Shown: positions 37,189-47,675 of the stretch, one piece after another
Layout of the letters: each line of letters begins with the position of its first letter
How positions within the stretch are numbered: position 1 is the first letter of the stretch
DNA from: Methanobacteriota archaeon
Lineage (GTDB): Archaea; JAADCQ01; Methanopyri; Methanopyrales; Methanopyraceae
Length of the DNA stretch: 64,000 bases
Reading direction: 5' to 3'
Assembly: GCA_027064425.1 (NCBI GenBank)
Contig: JAMOPO010000015.1
Span: forward strand, 224,001-288,000
Position numbers and translations under genes: made by a program
The notes under the pieces: generated by a model
Seen by the model: the letters and a program-made list of their open reading frames with translations, nothing else
Told to the model about the DNA's origin: nothing
Database searches by the model: none

Positions 37189-40100
37189 CTACTCCAGCTC
37201 CCTCCTGATCTCCTTGACCCGCTCGATCGTCTCCTCGTCGGTCCTCCAGTAACCGCGCTCGTGGGCCTCGATTAGCCGGTCGGCGATCTCCCGGAGCGCG
37301 GCCGGGTTGAGCTCCTTCATGCGCTCTCTCGTCTCCTCGTCGAACAAGTACTCGCGGGCGACGCCCTCCCAAACCCAGTCCTCGACGGTGTCAGTCGTGG
37401 CGGCGAGACCGACGAGGTGCTCGACGCGCTTGGCGATCTCTCGGCACCCGTCGTAGCCGTGTTTCAGCATCTCTCGCTTCCACTTTTCATTCAGGAGTCG
37501 AGAGGCGGCGCCGGAGCGGACGACGGTCTGCAGGTCCTGGACCTCGGGATCCTCACCGGAGCAGGAGTCGATAACGTAGGCCTCGGCGTCCTCGGCGGCC
37601 GCGGTCAGCCCGCCGAGGAACTCGTAGTAGTGGTCGAGGTCGATGATGTCGTAGGAGCGGTGCGAGCGGACCTGGGCGGTCACGTCCTGCCGGCCGGCCA
37701 CGGTCTCGAAGAGCTCGCGGGCCTCCTCGCCGTGGATCTTCTCACCGTACGCGTAGCCCATGTCGCTGAGGTAGGCGTCGATCAGCTCGGCCTCGTCGTC
37801 CCAGTCCGAGGACTCGACCTTGGAGCGCATGTTGTCGGCCGCGTAGAGGTCGGGCCTCGGGCCGAACACGCGGGCCTCGGGGTGCTCGTGGCCCTGCTCG
37901 CGGAGCTCCCGGACGTGCTTCCTCACGGGGTTCACGTCCTCGGGCTCGTCGAGCTCCGCGACCTTCCGCACGGCTCGGTCGATCAGCTCGACCACGTTGG
38001 GGAACGTGTCCCGGAAGATCCCGCACATGGTGACGACGACGTCCACCCGCGGCCGACCCAGCTCCTCGGCGGGGACGGGCTCAACGTCGATCACGTTGCC
38101 GGCGTCGTCGCGAACGGGCCGGACGCCGAGCAGCTCGAAGATCATCGCGACGGTCTCGCCGCCCGTTTGCATCGTCTCGAAGGCCCAGAGGACGAGGCCC
38201 ACGGTCTCCGGGTACTCGCCGTGCTCCTCCCGGTAGCGCTCGAGCAGCTCCTTCACGGCCTTACGGGCGCGCTCCTCGGCCTCGGGGGTGGGGATCCGCC
38301 GCGGGTTGAGGGAGGTGAGGTTCCGGCCGGTGGGCACGACCTCGGGGTTCCGCTCGATCTCGCCGCCGGGGGATGGCTCGAGGTAGCGGCCGCGGAGGGC
38401 GCGCGCGAGGGATTCGGTCTCGCGCTCGTAGGACTCGACCAGCCCGTCGACGAGCTCCCGGACGGCGTCGGGGTCCGAGGACGCCTCCGAGAGTCGGTCG
38501 CGGCCCTCCTCGACGTACTCTCGGACGATCTCGACGGCCTCGTCCCGGTCGGTGGCGAGCAGGTCCCGGGACTCAGCGTAGCTCACGGCCGTCTCGGCGA
38601 CCAGCTCGGGGTCCGGGTCCGCGCCCACGACGTGCAGCCCGCACGGGATCCGGTCCCGCAGCGCCCGGCGGACCATCGCCTCCACCGCGCCCACGAACGC
38701 GTCGTCATCTTCGATCTCGAGCTCTATCCCGGCGGCCTCGACGACCTCGCGGAGCTCCTCCACGTCCGCCCGGCCCTCGCGCACGTCCTCGCAGAGGCGC
38801 AGGAGGTCCCGGTACCCCTCCAGCTCGGGGTCCGCCAGCGGCGGGTGCAGGTGGGAAACCGTGTACGCGTACGCCCGGTGCTTGGCGATCGCGGCCTCGG
38901 ACGGGTTGTTCACGTTGTACAGGTACACGTGCGGGAGCGGCGTGATAAGCAGGTCCGGGAAGCAGGACTCCGAGAGCCCCTTCTCCTTGCCCGGCAGGAA
39001 CTCCAGGGTCCCGTGCGTGCCGAAGTGCAGGATCACGTCCGCGCCCCACTCGCGCCGCAGCCACTCGTAGAAGCACACGTAGTGGTGCGTGGGCGGCGTG
39101 TCATCGTGGTACGACTCCTCGGACTCGTGGTACCCCCGCGTCGGCTGGAAGCCGACGAACACGTCGCCCAGGTCCAGCCCGAAGATCGGGAGCGCGCCGT
39201 CCACGACCCGTGGGTCCTCCTCCGGCTCTCCCCAGGCCTCGAGCACGCGCTCCCGCGCCTCCTTAGGCAGCTCCTCAAACCACTCCCGGTACCGCTCGAG
39301 CGGGACCTCGTCTACCCTCGGCACGTCCTCCGGGCGCCGATGCTGCAGGTCCGGGTTCCCCAGTCGCCGCAGCGCGTCGTCCGTGACCCGGTCCAGGTCC
39401 ACCCTCAACCCCAGCTCGTCCCGCAGCAGCCTCAGCACGTTCCTGAGGCTCGAGAACGTGTCCAGGTAGGAGGCCTCGCCCACGTTCTCCTCGCCCGGCG
39501 GGTAGTTGTACAGGATGATGGCCACCTTCTTCGGGCCGCGCTGGCGTAGCTCCAGCCACCGGCGCACCAGCTCCGCCGCCCGCTCCACGTTCTCCTCGAT
39601 CGGCTCCATCGCGTGGAGCGGTACGTCCTCGAACCGGCCCACCTCCGCCTGACACGCGACCGGAGGCAGGAAAATGGCGGAGTCCAGCTCCGGGAGGGAC
39701 ACGTTGATCAGCAGGCTCAGCGGGTCCATCCCGAACTCGCTCTCCTCCCACTCCTCCCGGTCCAGGTACCAGACCTGCGGAGCAACGAAGTAGGGCACGT
39801 CCCACCGTCGCAGCAGCTCGATCCCCCGCTCCACTTGACCACCTATTGGCCCGCCCACGAGCCGGAAGCAGGTCAGGGCGACCACCGCGTCCGGTCGCTC
39901 GTCCTCGAAGAACCGGGTCAGCGTGCCGTACGCGTCCACCGAGCAGTACGCACCGACGGCGCCCAGCCCCTCCTCCCGGAGCGCCTCGATGACCGCGTCC
40001 ACGTGCTCCAGGTTCCCGTTCGCGTAAAAGAACTTGTAGAACGTGACCGGGACGAGCGTCCCGTACTCCTCACGCAGCTCCCCCAGGAAGTCCTCGTCCA

Positions 40101-40704
40101 CCAGCCCCCGCTCCGGGTCGTAGAGCGCCCGGCCCGGGATCTCGCGCGGCGGATCCGGCCTCCGGACGTCCGCGTTCGCGAGCTCCCGCGCAAGGTACAG
40201 CAGCAGGTTCTCCACGTTCTCCGCGCCTCCGTAGTCCCAGTAACGGAACGCGCGCATCGCGATTTTCAGCCGCTTCAGCGCCCCGAACCAGCCCATCTTC
40301 TCCGCGAACTTGGCCCCGCGCTCCAGCGCCTCGTCCATGCGCACGCCGGACAGGTTGTCCTTCCGACGCTCCATCATCCGGGCGAAGAACCGGAAGAGCC
40401 GGCTCCTTTCCAGCCCCAGGCTCTTGAACGAGGCCCGCATGACCTCGAAGCAGGAGTGAACCGCGACGAACGGCGTCTCCTCCGCGAGCGCGTCCAAGTC
40501 CACCGCCTCAGCCGTGGCCGAGTCCATCACGTTCAGGACCGCGAAGTCGGCCTCCCGCATCGCCTCCACGAACTCCTCCGACCGCTCGCGCAGGTCCCAC
40601 GCGTAGAACATGCGAACGTCAATCTCGCCCTTCAGGCGCTCCGCGGCCTTGGCCACGCTGAGCGAGTACGGCTGGTGCCCAACCACGACGACCGCTTTGA
40701 CCAC
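37189..40704 (-). CDS. cobN: Cobaltochelatase CobN / Mg-chelatase H family subunit
   Basis: KKVAIILYNYPPG, LHFGTHGTLEFLPGK, PTGRN, GRPRVDVVV. Confidence 0.9.
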   Translation of the reverse strand: MVKAVVVVGHQPYSLSVAKAAERLKGEIDVRMFYAWDLRERSEEFVEAMREADFAVLNVMDSATAEAVDLDALAEETPFVAVHSCFEVMRASFKSLGLERSRLFRFFARMMERRKDNLSGVRMDEALERGAKFAEKMGWFGALKRLKIAMRAFRYWDYGGAENVENLLLYLARELANADVRRPDPPREIPGRALYDPERGLVDEDFLGELREEYGTLVPVTFYKFFYANGNLEHVDAVIEALREEGLGAVGAYCSVDAYGTLTRFFEDERPDAVVALTCFRLVGGPIGGQVERGIELLRRWDVPYFVAPQVWYLDREEWEESEFGMDPLSLLINVSLPELDSAIFLPPVACQAEVGRFEDVPLHAMEPIEENVERAAELVRRWLELRQRGPKKVAIILYNYPPGEENVGEASYLDTFSSLRNVLRLLRDELGLRVDLDRVTDDALRRLGNPDLQHRRPEDVPRVDEVPLERYREWFEELPKEARERVLEAWGEPEEDPRVVDGALPIFGLDLGDVFVGFQPTRGYHESEESYHDDTPPTHHYVCFYEWLRREWGADVILHFGTHGTLEFLPGKEKGLSESCFPDLLITPLPHVYLYNVNNPSEAAIAKHRAYAYTVSHLHPPLADPELEGYRDLLRLCEDVREGRADVEELREVVEAAGIELEIEDDDAFVGAVEAMVRRALRDRIPCGLHVVGADPDPELVAETAVSYAESRDLLATDRDEAVEIVREYVEEGRDRLSEASSDPDAVRELVDGLVESYERETESLARALRGRYLEPSPGGEIERNPEVVPTGRNLTSLNPRRIPTPEAEERARKAVKELLERYREEHGEYPETVGLVLWAFETMQTGGETVAMIFELLGVRPVRDDAGNVIDVEPVPAEELGRPRVDVVVTMCGIFRDTFPNVVELIDRAVRKVAELDEPEDVNPVRKHVRELREQGHEHPEARVFGPRPDLYAADNMRSKVESSDWDDEAELIDAYLSDMGYAYGEKIHGEEARELFETVAGRQDVTAQVRSHRSYDIIDLDHYYEFLGGLTAAAEDAEAYVIDSCSGEDPEVQDLQTVVRSGAASRLLNEKWKREMLKHGYDGCREIAKRVEHLVGLAATTDTVEDWVWEGVAREYLFDEETRERMKELNPAALREIADRLIEAHERGYWRTDEETIERVKEIRRELE

Positions 40705-40932
40705 GCGATGGCCCCGTCCGAACCGCCCAGCCTAGGCTAATAATCATTTCACACAGAGCCACCGGATGGTAAGAGGTAGTGACAGAACGAAAGGTTATCG
40801 TCTGAGCCGCACTGGCGCGGCCCCGGCGTTCACGCTCGGCGATCACTTCTAGGAGATGAAAAACACTCTACCTCACGATCGTACCGGTTCCACCTCCCCC
40901 GTGGCCACGGGTCCTGCGGGGACCGCGGGCCG

Positions 40933-41629
40933 ATGGAGCCTCTGACGCTGGCTCTGCTCGCCCTCCCCGGGGACCCGGGCGACTTCACAGGCCCGATTCT
41001 TGAGCACCCCGAGGTGCTCTTGGCCAAAGGGAGGGCGGGAGGGGGCGGGAAGGTAGCGGTGAAAGTATTCATAAAGCTCCTTCGGGCGCTCAGAAAGCGT
41101 AGGCTCTCAGAGCTCCACGAGCTCTACCCGGAGTGGTGGGGAGTCTGGAGATACGGTTCCGCCGCCCCCTACTGGAAGGTCCGACTGTACTGCCAGACGG
41201 TCTACCCGCCCCTCCTGGCCTCCTTCGCGGCCCCTTTTCTCCGCGGGGTTAATCCTCCTCATGCCGTGCCGGCTCGGCGTCGTCGAGGAGGTCTGGGGGT
41301 GCGTGTCTGGAACGTCGCTTATCGCCGCCGTCACTGGGGTCCTCCCTGAACTGATGGTGACGGGCGAAGCCGTCAGGGACTATCTGGACATCGCGTTCAA
41401 GGGAGGAACCACGCAGGACCGCATCTTCGCCTTCAAGATGTGGGGAGTTTGCAGCCTCGTGTTCGCGTTGGCCATGTATGCGGTAATCGCAATCATGGTT
41501 TACCGAGAAACCAGGGACCATCCCCGAGACTTCCCCCTGCCCGTCCGGGTCTCGTGGCTGGTAACGCTGGCCATCCCGCTGATCATGGGGCTCTGGACCT
41601 TGTGGTGGGGTTTGTGGGTGGTAAGTTAG
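40933..41629 (+). pseudogene. Membrane protein with Gly/Lys-rich segment, one frameshift
   Basis: The 40933 frame joins the 41261 frame near TTTT at about 41235; paralogue of the next gene. Confidence 0.55.
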
Positions 41630-41669
41630 GGGCAAGCCTCCCCGGTCGACTGAACGCGGGTCGGAGGTC

Positions 41670-42330
41670 ACGAGGTCGACCCCCTGACGCTGGCGCTGCT
41701 CGCTACCCGGGGACCGGACGTCTTCGGCCCCGTCCTCGAGCATCCCGAGACGCTCCTAGCCGAAGGAAGCAGGGATGGCGGTGGCCGAGGCGTCGGCGGC
41801 AGGGCCGGGGCCAGGCTCTTCCGGGGAGCTTTCCCGGGGCGCTCAAGGGGCGCCGGTTTCGGGGACATCACTTCAGGCTGGAGCGCGAGCGGCTGCTGAT
41901 CCTGTACCGGAGGGTGAGGCTCTGGCGACTCCCGTGATGTTCCTCGCGTTCGTCGCCTTCCCGGGGCTGGCCGACGTCCTGGAGCGTGAGGACGGTCCGA
42001 CCTCGTGCTTCTACGCCCTGATCTCGGCGATCCTCCTCCAATTCGGACTCGGGGTTGAGGTGTCGGAGATGGAGGAGGCCGTCAAGGTCTTTTCGGGCGC
42101 CGTGCTCGCCGGCAAGGGTCCCAAAGACTGTCTCCGCGCCTTCCGAGGGCACGGCGTTCACGGCGTAAGGCTCGTGATGAGGGTGTACTCGGTGCTCTCG
42201 GCGCTGCTCGTGGTGGTGCTGACCTGGACGCTGCTCGGGAGGGTCAAGAGCCGGGCCCTCCTGCTGGCGTTGCTGACGACGACCGTGATGCTTATCCCGG
42301 TGGATACCGGCCCGAGCCCGTGCCGCTCCG
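41670..42330 (+). pseudogene. Tandem paralogue of the 40933 gene, disrupted
   Basis: DPLTLALLA...FGPVLEHPETLLAEG vs EPLTLALLA...FTGPILEHPEVLLAKG; start codon position reads GTC; frameshift near 41920. Confidence 0.55.
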
Positions 42331-42474
42331 GACTACTCGAGCGCGGTTACAACGGCCCTGAGGCAGCCCACGCGTCCGCTAGGGGCACCCTCGCGCTGGA
42401 TGACCAGAGGGTGATCGCTCGGCCCCGCGCCGGCCGGCGGAGGTCTCCGGCCGGAAGGAGCGTTCCTGGGTCGG

Positions 42475-42522
42475 TCAGGGCCGCCCAGTTTCGTCACATT
42501 TCGGCAGCCGAGCTGTCATCAT
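42475..42522 (-). ncRNA. C/D-box guide sRNA candidate
   Basis: Minus strand: ATGATGA-cagctcggctg-CCGA-aat-GTGACGA-aactgggcggcc-CTGA. Confidence 0.8.
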
Positions 42523-42545
42523 CCCGGGGGGAGGGCGCTGAACGG

Positions 42546-42551
42546 ATTAAA
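42546..42551. promoter_or_regulatory. Putative bidirectional TATA between divergent sRNAs
   Basis: ATTAAA/TTTAAT lies 24-28 nt from both C boxes. Confidence 0.45.
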
Positions 42552-42578
42552 GCGTGCCTCCCGAAACGCCTCCCGGGG

Positions 42579-42628
42579 ATGATGAGTGCCTGGGTCCCCG
42601 AACGGTGAGGATACTGGGGCGGCCCTGA
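42579..42628 (+). ncRNA. C/D-box guide sRNA candidate
   Basis: ATGATGA-gtgcctgggtcc-CCGA-acg-GTGAGGA-tactggggcggcc-CTGA. Confidence 0.8.
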
Positions 42629-43039
42629 CCCGAGGTGAACGCGCCCGCCGCGCGGCCGCGCCATCATCAACCTGAACCCGCGTCGGGGTCCGCGCCGCCG
42701 TTCTTCCCGAGGAGTAGACGTGAGGGAGGGATAGGCCGGCTCGCAGTCGTAGAAGGGGCCCCGACCGGTGGGCTCGGGTCCGATCATTCCGGCTCATTGG
42801 CGTCGGTACCTCGCGGGTCGAAATCACGTTCGCTGGGTCGGAGACCTCCGTTGAGCGGTTCGGGTCCGGCCTTCGGTGTCGGGGCCGGACACCCGCGTCG
42901 GGCTACCGGACCTGGTCGGGGTTGACGTCGCCCTCGGAGGCTCGCTGCCGGGGCTTCTCCGGGAGCGACCGGGGCGTGCGCCGCGCTCCCGGTCCGGGAG
43001 TCTCACGTCTTGCACCGACCGTCGCGTCGGGGAGGCCTC

Positions 43040-43453
43040 CTAGGCCTCCTTTCTCACCGTAATCTCGCAGACGCCCTCCGACTTCCGGCATTCGGTCACC
43101 GTGCCGTCGTAGAGCTCTTCCAGGAGCCCGATCGTGACGCAGACGGCGTCGGTGGTCCCGCCGTCCCCCGCGATCGCCTCCGCGTTGCTCTTGAGCAGGT
43201 CTTCGACGACGCAGAAGGGGCAGTTCCGAATGATCACCCTCACCTCGTCGTCGCCCTTCCTTATCTTCACGTTGTCCCCGAAGAGGAGGTGAAGCTGTTC
43301 CTCTGGGTCCCTGTGCCCTAGTGCTCGGAGCTCCCTGGCCAGCACCCTGGAGAAGTGCCTAATGAAGGCGACTCGGGCCCGTCCCATCACCTCCCAGGAG
43401 GCCTCCTCGAGGGCCGCGACCGCGGCGATTAGCAGCTCTTCCCTCCTGTCCAA
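43040..43453 (-). CDS. Small Cys-containing V4R/MetOD1-like protein
   Basis: VIIRNCPFC...VC...EC...VCEITV. Confidence 0.65.
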   Translation of the reverse strand: MDRREELLIAAVAALEEASWEVMGRARVAFIRHFSRVLARELRALGHRDPEEQLHLLFGDNVKIRKGDDEVRVIIRNCPFCVVEDLLKSNAEAIAGDGGTTDAVCVTIGLLEELYDGTVTECRKSEGVCEITVRKEA

Positions 43454-43707
43454 GGCAGCCCTCCTTGGAGGTGGGACTCGGAACGAAATAGTTTCCGATT
43501 TAGTATTCGACCAGAAAAAATTAGTTAAAACGGATTCGGTTTCTTGAGCGTCGGCGACCGTTTCTCGTTTTTTGCGGCCCGAGATCGCGTCGGCCTCGAT
43601 TCGTCCGGCGGTGGGACGGTGAAGCTTGCGGTCTCACACCTGGACGCCGCCGCGGGGTCCGTGTGCGCTTTAAGCGGTGGGGGTGGGCGGGGGGTGGGGG
43701 TGTTGGG

Positions 43708-46545
43708 TTGTCGGAGTCCCGTGAGGAGCGGCTGCTGAGGGAGTGGGAGGAGGCGGGGCTGTTCGAGGCGGACCCGGACGAGGAGCGCGAGGCCGTGTTC
43801 ATCACGGTGCCCTATCCGTACCCGTCCGGCTCGATGCACGTGGGACACGCGCGCACGTACCTGGTTCCGGACATTTACGCGCGGTTCAAGCGGATGCAGG
43901 GGTACAACGTCCTGTTCCCGATGGCGTTCCACGTGACGGGCACGCCGGTGGTGGGGATCGCGGAGCGGATCAAGGAGGGTGATGAGGACACGATCCGGCT
44001 GTACCGGGACCTTTACGGGGTGCCGGAGGAGGAGCTGGAGCGGTTCACGGAGCCGGAGGCGATCGTGGAGTACTTCGCGCGCGAGTACGAGGAGAACATG
44101 CGGCGGATGGGCTACGCGATCGACTGGCGGCGGAAGTTCACGACGGTGGACCCGGAGTACCAGTCGTTCATTCGGTGGCAGTACCTGAGGCTGCGTGAGG
44201 AGGGGCTGGTGGCGCGGGGCGAGCATCCGGTCCGATACTGTCCGAACTGCGAGAACCCGGTGGGTGACCACGACCTGCTGGAGGGTGAGGACGCGACGAT
44301 TGAGGAGCTGACGCTCGTGAAGTTCCCGGTCGTGGGCGACGACCTGGTCCTCGTGGCGGCGACGTTCCGGCCGGAGACGCTGTACGGCGTGACGAACGTG
44401 TGGGTGAGGCCGGACGAGGAGTACCTGGTCGTGAAGGTGGACGGGGAGCGGTGGGTGGTCTCGAAGGAGGCCTACCGGAACCTGCGGCACCAGCGGGACG
44501 GGATCGAGAAGGTGGACACGATCCCGGGCGAGGAGCTGGTCGGTGAGCGGGTGAGGAACCCGGTCACGGGCGAGGAGGTCCCGGTCCTGCCGGCGGAGTT
44601 CGTGGACCCGAAGTTCGGGACGGGGATCGTGTACTCGGTCCCGGCTCACGCGCCGGCGGACGCGGCCGCGCTGGAGGATCTGAGGGAGGATCCGTCGGTG
44701 CTGGAGGAGTACGGGGTGGACCCGTCGGTCGTCGAGGAGCTCGAGCCGGTGCAGGTGATCGAGGTGGAGGGGTACGGGAAGTTCCCGGCCTACGACGCGC
44801 TGGAGGAGCACGGGATCGAGTCGCAGACGGACCCGGAGCTGGAGAAGGCGACGCAGGAGGTGTACCGGGCGGAGCTGCACAAGGGCGTGATGGTGGTCGA
44901 CGAGTTCGAGGGCACGCCGGTGCGGGAGGCGCGGGAGGAGATCAAGCCGCGGCTGCTGGACTCGGGCGACGGCGACGTGATGTACGACTTCTCGGAGAAG
45001 CCGGTGATCTGCCGGTGTGGCACGGAGTGCGTGGTCAAGATCCTGAAGGACCAGTGGTTCCTGCGGTACTCGGACCGGGCGTGGAAGGAGCGGGCGCGGG
45101 AGCTGCTGGAGCGGATGGACATCGTGCCGGAGGAGGTGCGGCCGAACTTCGAGGACACGATCGAGTGGTTGGACGACTGGGCGTGCGCGCGTCGGGTGGG
45201 CCTCGGCACGCCGCTGCCTTGGGACGAGGAGTGGATCGTGGAGCCGCTGAGCGACTCGACGATCTACATGGCGTTCTACACGATCGCGCACCGGCTGAAG
45301 GGTAAGGGCGAGCTCCCGCCCGAGGTCTTCGACTACGTGTTCCTGGGCGAGGGTGACCCGGAGGAGATCGCGGAGAAGGCGGGGCTGGACGTCGAGGAGC
45401 TGGAGGGGATGCGGCGGGAGTTCGAGTACTGGTACCCGGTGGACTGGCGGCTGTCGGCGAAGGACCTGGTCACGAATCACCTGACGTTCTTCATCTTCCA
45501 CCACGCGGCGCTGTTCCCGGAGGACAAGTGGCCGAAGGGCATCGTCGTGTTCGGCATGGGGCTGCTCGAGGGCGAGAAGATGAGCTCGTCGAAGGGTAAC
45601 GTGGTGCTGCTCTCGGAGGCGCTGGACGAGTACGGGCCGGACGTGGTGCGGCTGTTCCTCGCGACGTCGGCCGAGCCGTGGCAGGACTTCGACTGGCGGG
45701 ACGAGTACGTCCAGGGCGTGAAGCGGCGGCTGGAGCGGTTCGAGACGCTGGTGAAGGATCACGCGGGAGAGTCAGTCGAGGAGAAGGACGCCGTCGACCG
45801 GTGGTTCCTGAGCGAGTTCGGCCGGGTGATCGAGAAGGCGACGGAGGCGCTGGAGCGGTTCCAGGTGCGGCGGGCGTACAACGAGGCCTTCTATGGCGTC
45901 CTGAAGCTGGTCCGAGACTACGAGCGGATGAAGGGTCACGCGCGGATCGTGGGCGAGATCGTGGAGGACTGGCTCAAGCTGCTGCACCCGGTGATCCCGT
46001 TCACGACGGATTACCTGTGGCGGGAGGTGCTCGGCAACGACTCGTTCCTGCTGGAGGAGGAGTGGCCGGATCCGGAGAAGTACCCGCGGGAGCCGGAGCT
46101 GAGCGTGGCGCGGGAGGTGCTGGACGAGCTCGTGGAGGACGTGAAGGACGTGGAGCGTGTGATCGACGCCGAGCCGGGGTACACGCTGCACGTGTACCTG
46201 GCGCCGAAGTGGCAGTGGGAGGCGCTGAAGCTGGTTCAAGAGGGCAAGGAGTTCGGCGACATCATGTCGGAACTGATGAAGGACGAGGAGCTGAGGAGGA
46301 AGGGGGACGAGGTCGCGAAGGTCGTGCAGGACCTGGTGAAGTCGGACCTGCCGGAGGATGTGGACGTGGAGCGGCTGCGTGAGGTGCTGAGGGAGTTCCT
46401 GGAGGCGGGTGCGAGGCTGCTCGAGCGGTCCACGGGCGCGGCAAAGGTTGTGGTGCACGAGGACGCGGAGGAGGCGCCGGGGCCGGAGGACCGGCGCGCG
46501 GCGGCGAGGCCGCTGAAGCCAGGGATCTGGCTGGAGGAGGGCTAG
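43708..46545 (+). CDS. leuS: Leucyl-tRNA synthetase (archaeal)
   Basis: [37 protein letters not shown]. Confidence 0.97.
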   Translation: MSESREERLLREWEEAGLFEADPDEEREAVFITVPYPYPSGSMHVGHARTYLVPDIYARFKRMQGYNVLFPMAFHVTGTPVVGIAERIKEGDEDTIRLYRDLYGVPEEELERFTEPEAIVEYFAREYEENMRRMGYAIDWRRKFTTVDPEYQSFIRWQYLRLREEGLVARGEHPVRYCPNCENPVGDHDLLEGEDATIEELTLVKFPVVGDDLVLVAATFRPETLYGVTNVWVRPDEEYLVVKVDGERWVVSKEAYRNLRHQRDGIEKVDTIPGEELVGERVRNPVTGEEVPVLPAEFVDPKFGTGIVYSVPAHAPADAAALEDLREDPSVLEEYGVDPSVVEELEPVQVIEVEGYGKFPAYDALEEHGIESQTDPELEKATQEVYRAELHKGVMVVDEFEGTPVREAREEIKPRLLDSGDGDVMYDFSEKPVICRCGTECVVKILKDQWFLRYSDRAWKERARELLERMDIVPEEVRPNFEDTIEWLDDWACARRVGLGTPLPWDEEWIVEPLSDSTIYMAFYTIAHRLKGKGELPPEVFDYVFLGEGDPEEIAEKAGLDVEELEGMRREFEYWYPVDWRLSAKDLVTNHLTFFIFHHAALFPEDKWPKGIVVFGMGLLEGEKMSSSKGNVVLLSEALDEYGPDVVRLFLATSAEPWQDFDWRDEYVQGVKRRLERFETLVKDHAGESVEEKDAVDRWFLSEFGRVIEKATEALERFQVRRAYNEAFYGVLKLVRDYERMKGHARIVGEIVEDWLKLLHPVIPFTTDYLWREVLGNDSFLLEEEWPDPEKYPREPELSVAREVLDELVEDVKDVERVIDAEPGYTLHVYLAPKWQWEALKLVQEGKEFGDIMSELMKDEELRRKGDEVAKVVQDLVKSDLPEDVDVERLREVLREFLEAGARLLERSTGAAKVVVHEDAEEAPGPEDRRAAARPLKPGIWLEEG

Positions 46546-47531
46546 GATCCCTTCTTCCGGTACAGCTCCACCCACGCCCTCATCCTCACCGTCTTCCAGC
46601 CGCGCTCCCCGACCAGCTTCGTCACCGCCTCCTGCACCGCGCGGCCCGGCAGCGGCGTGAAGTTCTCTACCGGCTCCCCATCCTGCAGCTCCTCCTCCGA
46701 GATCTCGCCGATCCACGGTTTCATGTTCGAGTACGAGTACTCCATCACCTCCTCGTCCAGCGTGGCGAGCAGGCCGCTGATGCCGCCCTCCTCCACCAGC
46801 GCGGCCAGCGTGTTCAGGACCGTCATCGCCTGCCGGTCGATCATCTCCTGCGGCGCGCCCAGCTCCTTGACCGCGGTGAACTCCTTCAGGGCCTCCACGA
46901 CCCGACGCACCAGCACGACCGACAGGTCGCCCAGGATGTGCACCAGCTCGACCGTGGGCAGCTCGTACACCTTCTTCCCGGTCGACTCCAGCACCGTCTT
47001 CAGCGTCTCGTAGCCCTCTTTCGTGGCCAGCTCGGTCCCGTTGCCCGTCTTGTACGCCGTCAGGTACGCCCTGTGCCCGTCCGTGCCCGGGATACCGGCG
47101 GGGTGCGCGGGCACCACCGAGACGTCGTCCGGGACGCTCAGTCCGGCCTCGAACAGGGCCTCGTGCACCTCGAAGGCGGACGAGGTGCACGTCGGGGCCA
47201 GGACGGCGCCGTCCGAGAGGGCGGGGGCGATCTCCATCACGATCCCGCGGGTGGCGTTGAACGGTGTGAACAACACCACCACGTCCGCGTTCGAGACCGC
47301 TTGGGCGTCGTCGTCCGTCAGCTCGACGCCCGCGTCCACGACCCGGTCGACGTGCTCCGGGTCCTGCTCGTCCAGGTTCGGGTCGGACAGCACCACGTCG
47401 TGTCCCGCCTCCGCGAACTCGATCGCCATGGCGGCTCCGCCGAAGGGAGGCTCACCACCCAACTTCTCCTGCGCTCCGATCCGCTCGTACAGCTCCTGGT
47501 CGCCGAACCCCAGCACGGCCACCGTCGCCAA
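46542..47531 (-). CDS. H2-forming methylene-H4MPT dehydrogenase-related protein (HmdII/III paralogue)
   Basis: [37 protein letters not shown]. Confidence 0.9.
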   Translation of the reverse strand: MATVAVLGFGDQELYERIGAQEKLGGEPPFGGAAMAIEFAEAGHDVVLSDPNLDEQDPEHVDRVVDAGVELTDDDAQAVSNADVVVLFTPFNATRGIVMEIAPALSDGAVLAPTCTSSAFEVHEALFEAGLSVPDDVSVVPAHPAGIPGTDGHRAYLTAYKTGNGTELATKEGYETLKTVLESTGKKVYELPTVELVHILGDLSVVLVRRVVEALKEFTAVKELGAPQEMIDRQAMTVLNTLAALVEEGGISGLLATLDEEVMEYSYSNMKPWIGEISEEELQDGEPVENFTPLPGRAVQEAVTKLVGERGWKTVRMRAWVELYRKKGS

Positions 47532-47675
47532 GCCCGTGGCCCCCGGCGGTCCCGGCCTGATGTCCGGAAACGCGCGAGTGCTAAGATCTCTTAAGTGTGC
47601 GCATTCGCCCGTAGTCTAACGGCAATCGACTTCCGGCACCCGATGGCCGGTACTCTAGACGTACCGCCGGTACCG

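Noticed and set aside
37417-39549. 710-aa plus-strand ORF (likewise 43525-45762, 45772-47190, 18523-19770, 26377-27681)
   Set aside because: Antisense shadows of real high-GC genes (cobN, leuS and others); no recognisable motifs.
41240-41300. PPHAVPARRRR as another tail motif
   Set aside because: It arises in the off-frame run-on after a frameshift. It shows that GC-rich frames can mimic the motif, so only instances with signal-peptide or linker context were counted.
42330-42608. C-terminal extension of ORF 41775-42608
   Set aside because: It runs through two sRNA candidates and is not protein-like.
42774-42827. Degenerate minus-strand C/D-like unit (GTGATTT/CCGA/ATGAGCC/CCGA)
   Set aside because: Both C-type boxes deviate at two or more positions.
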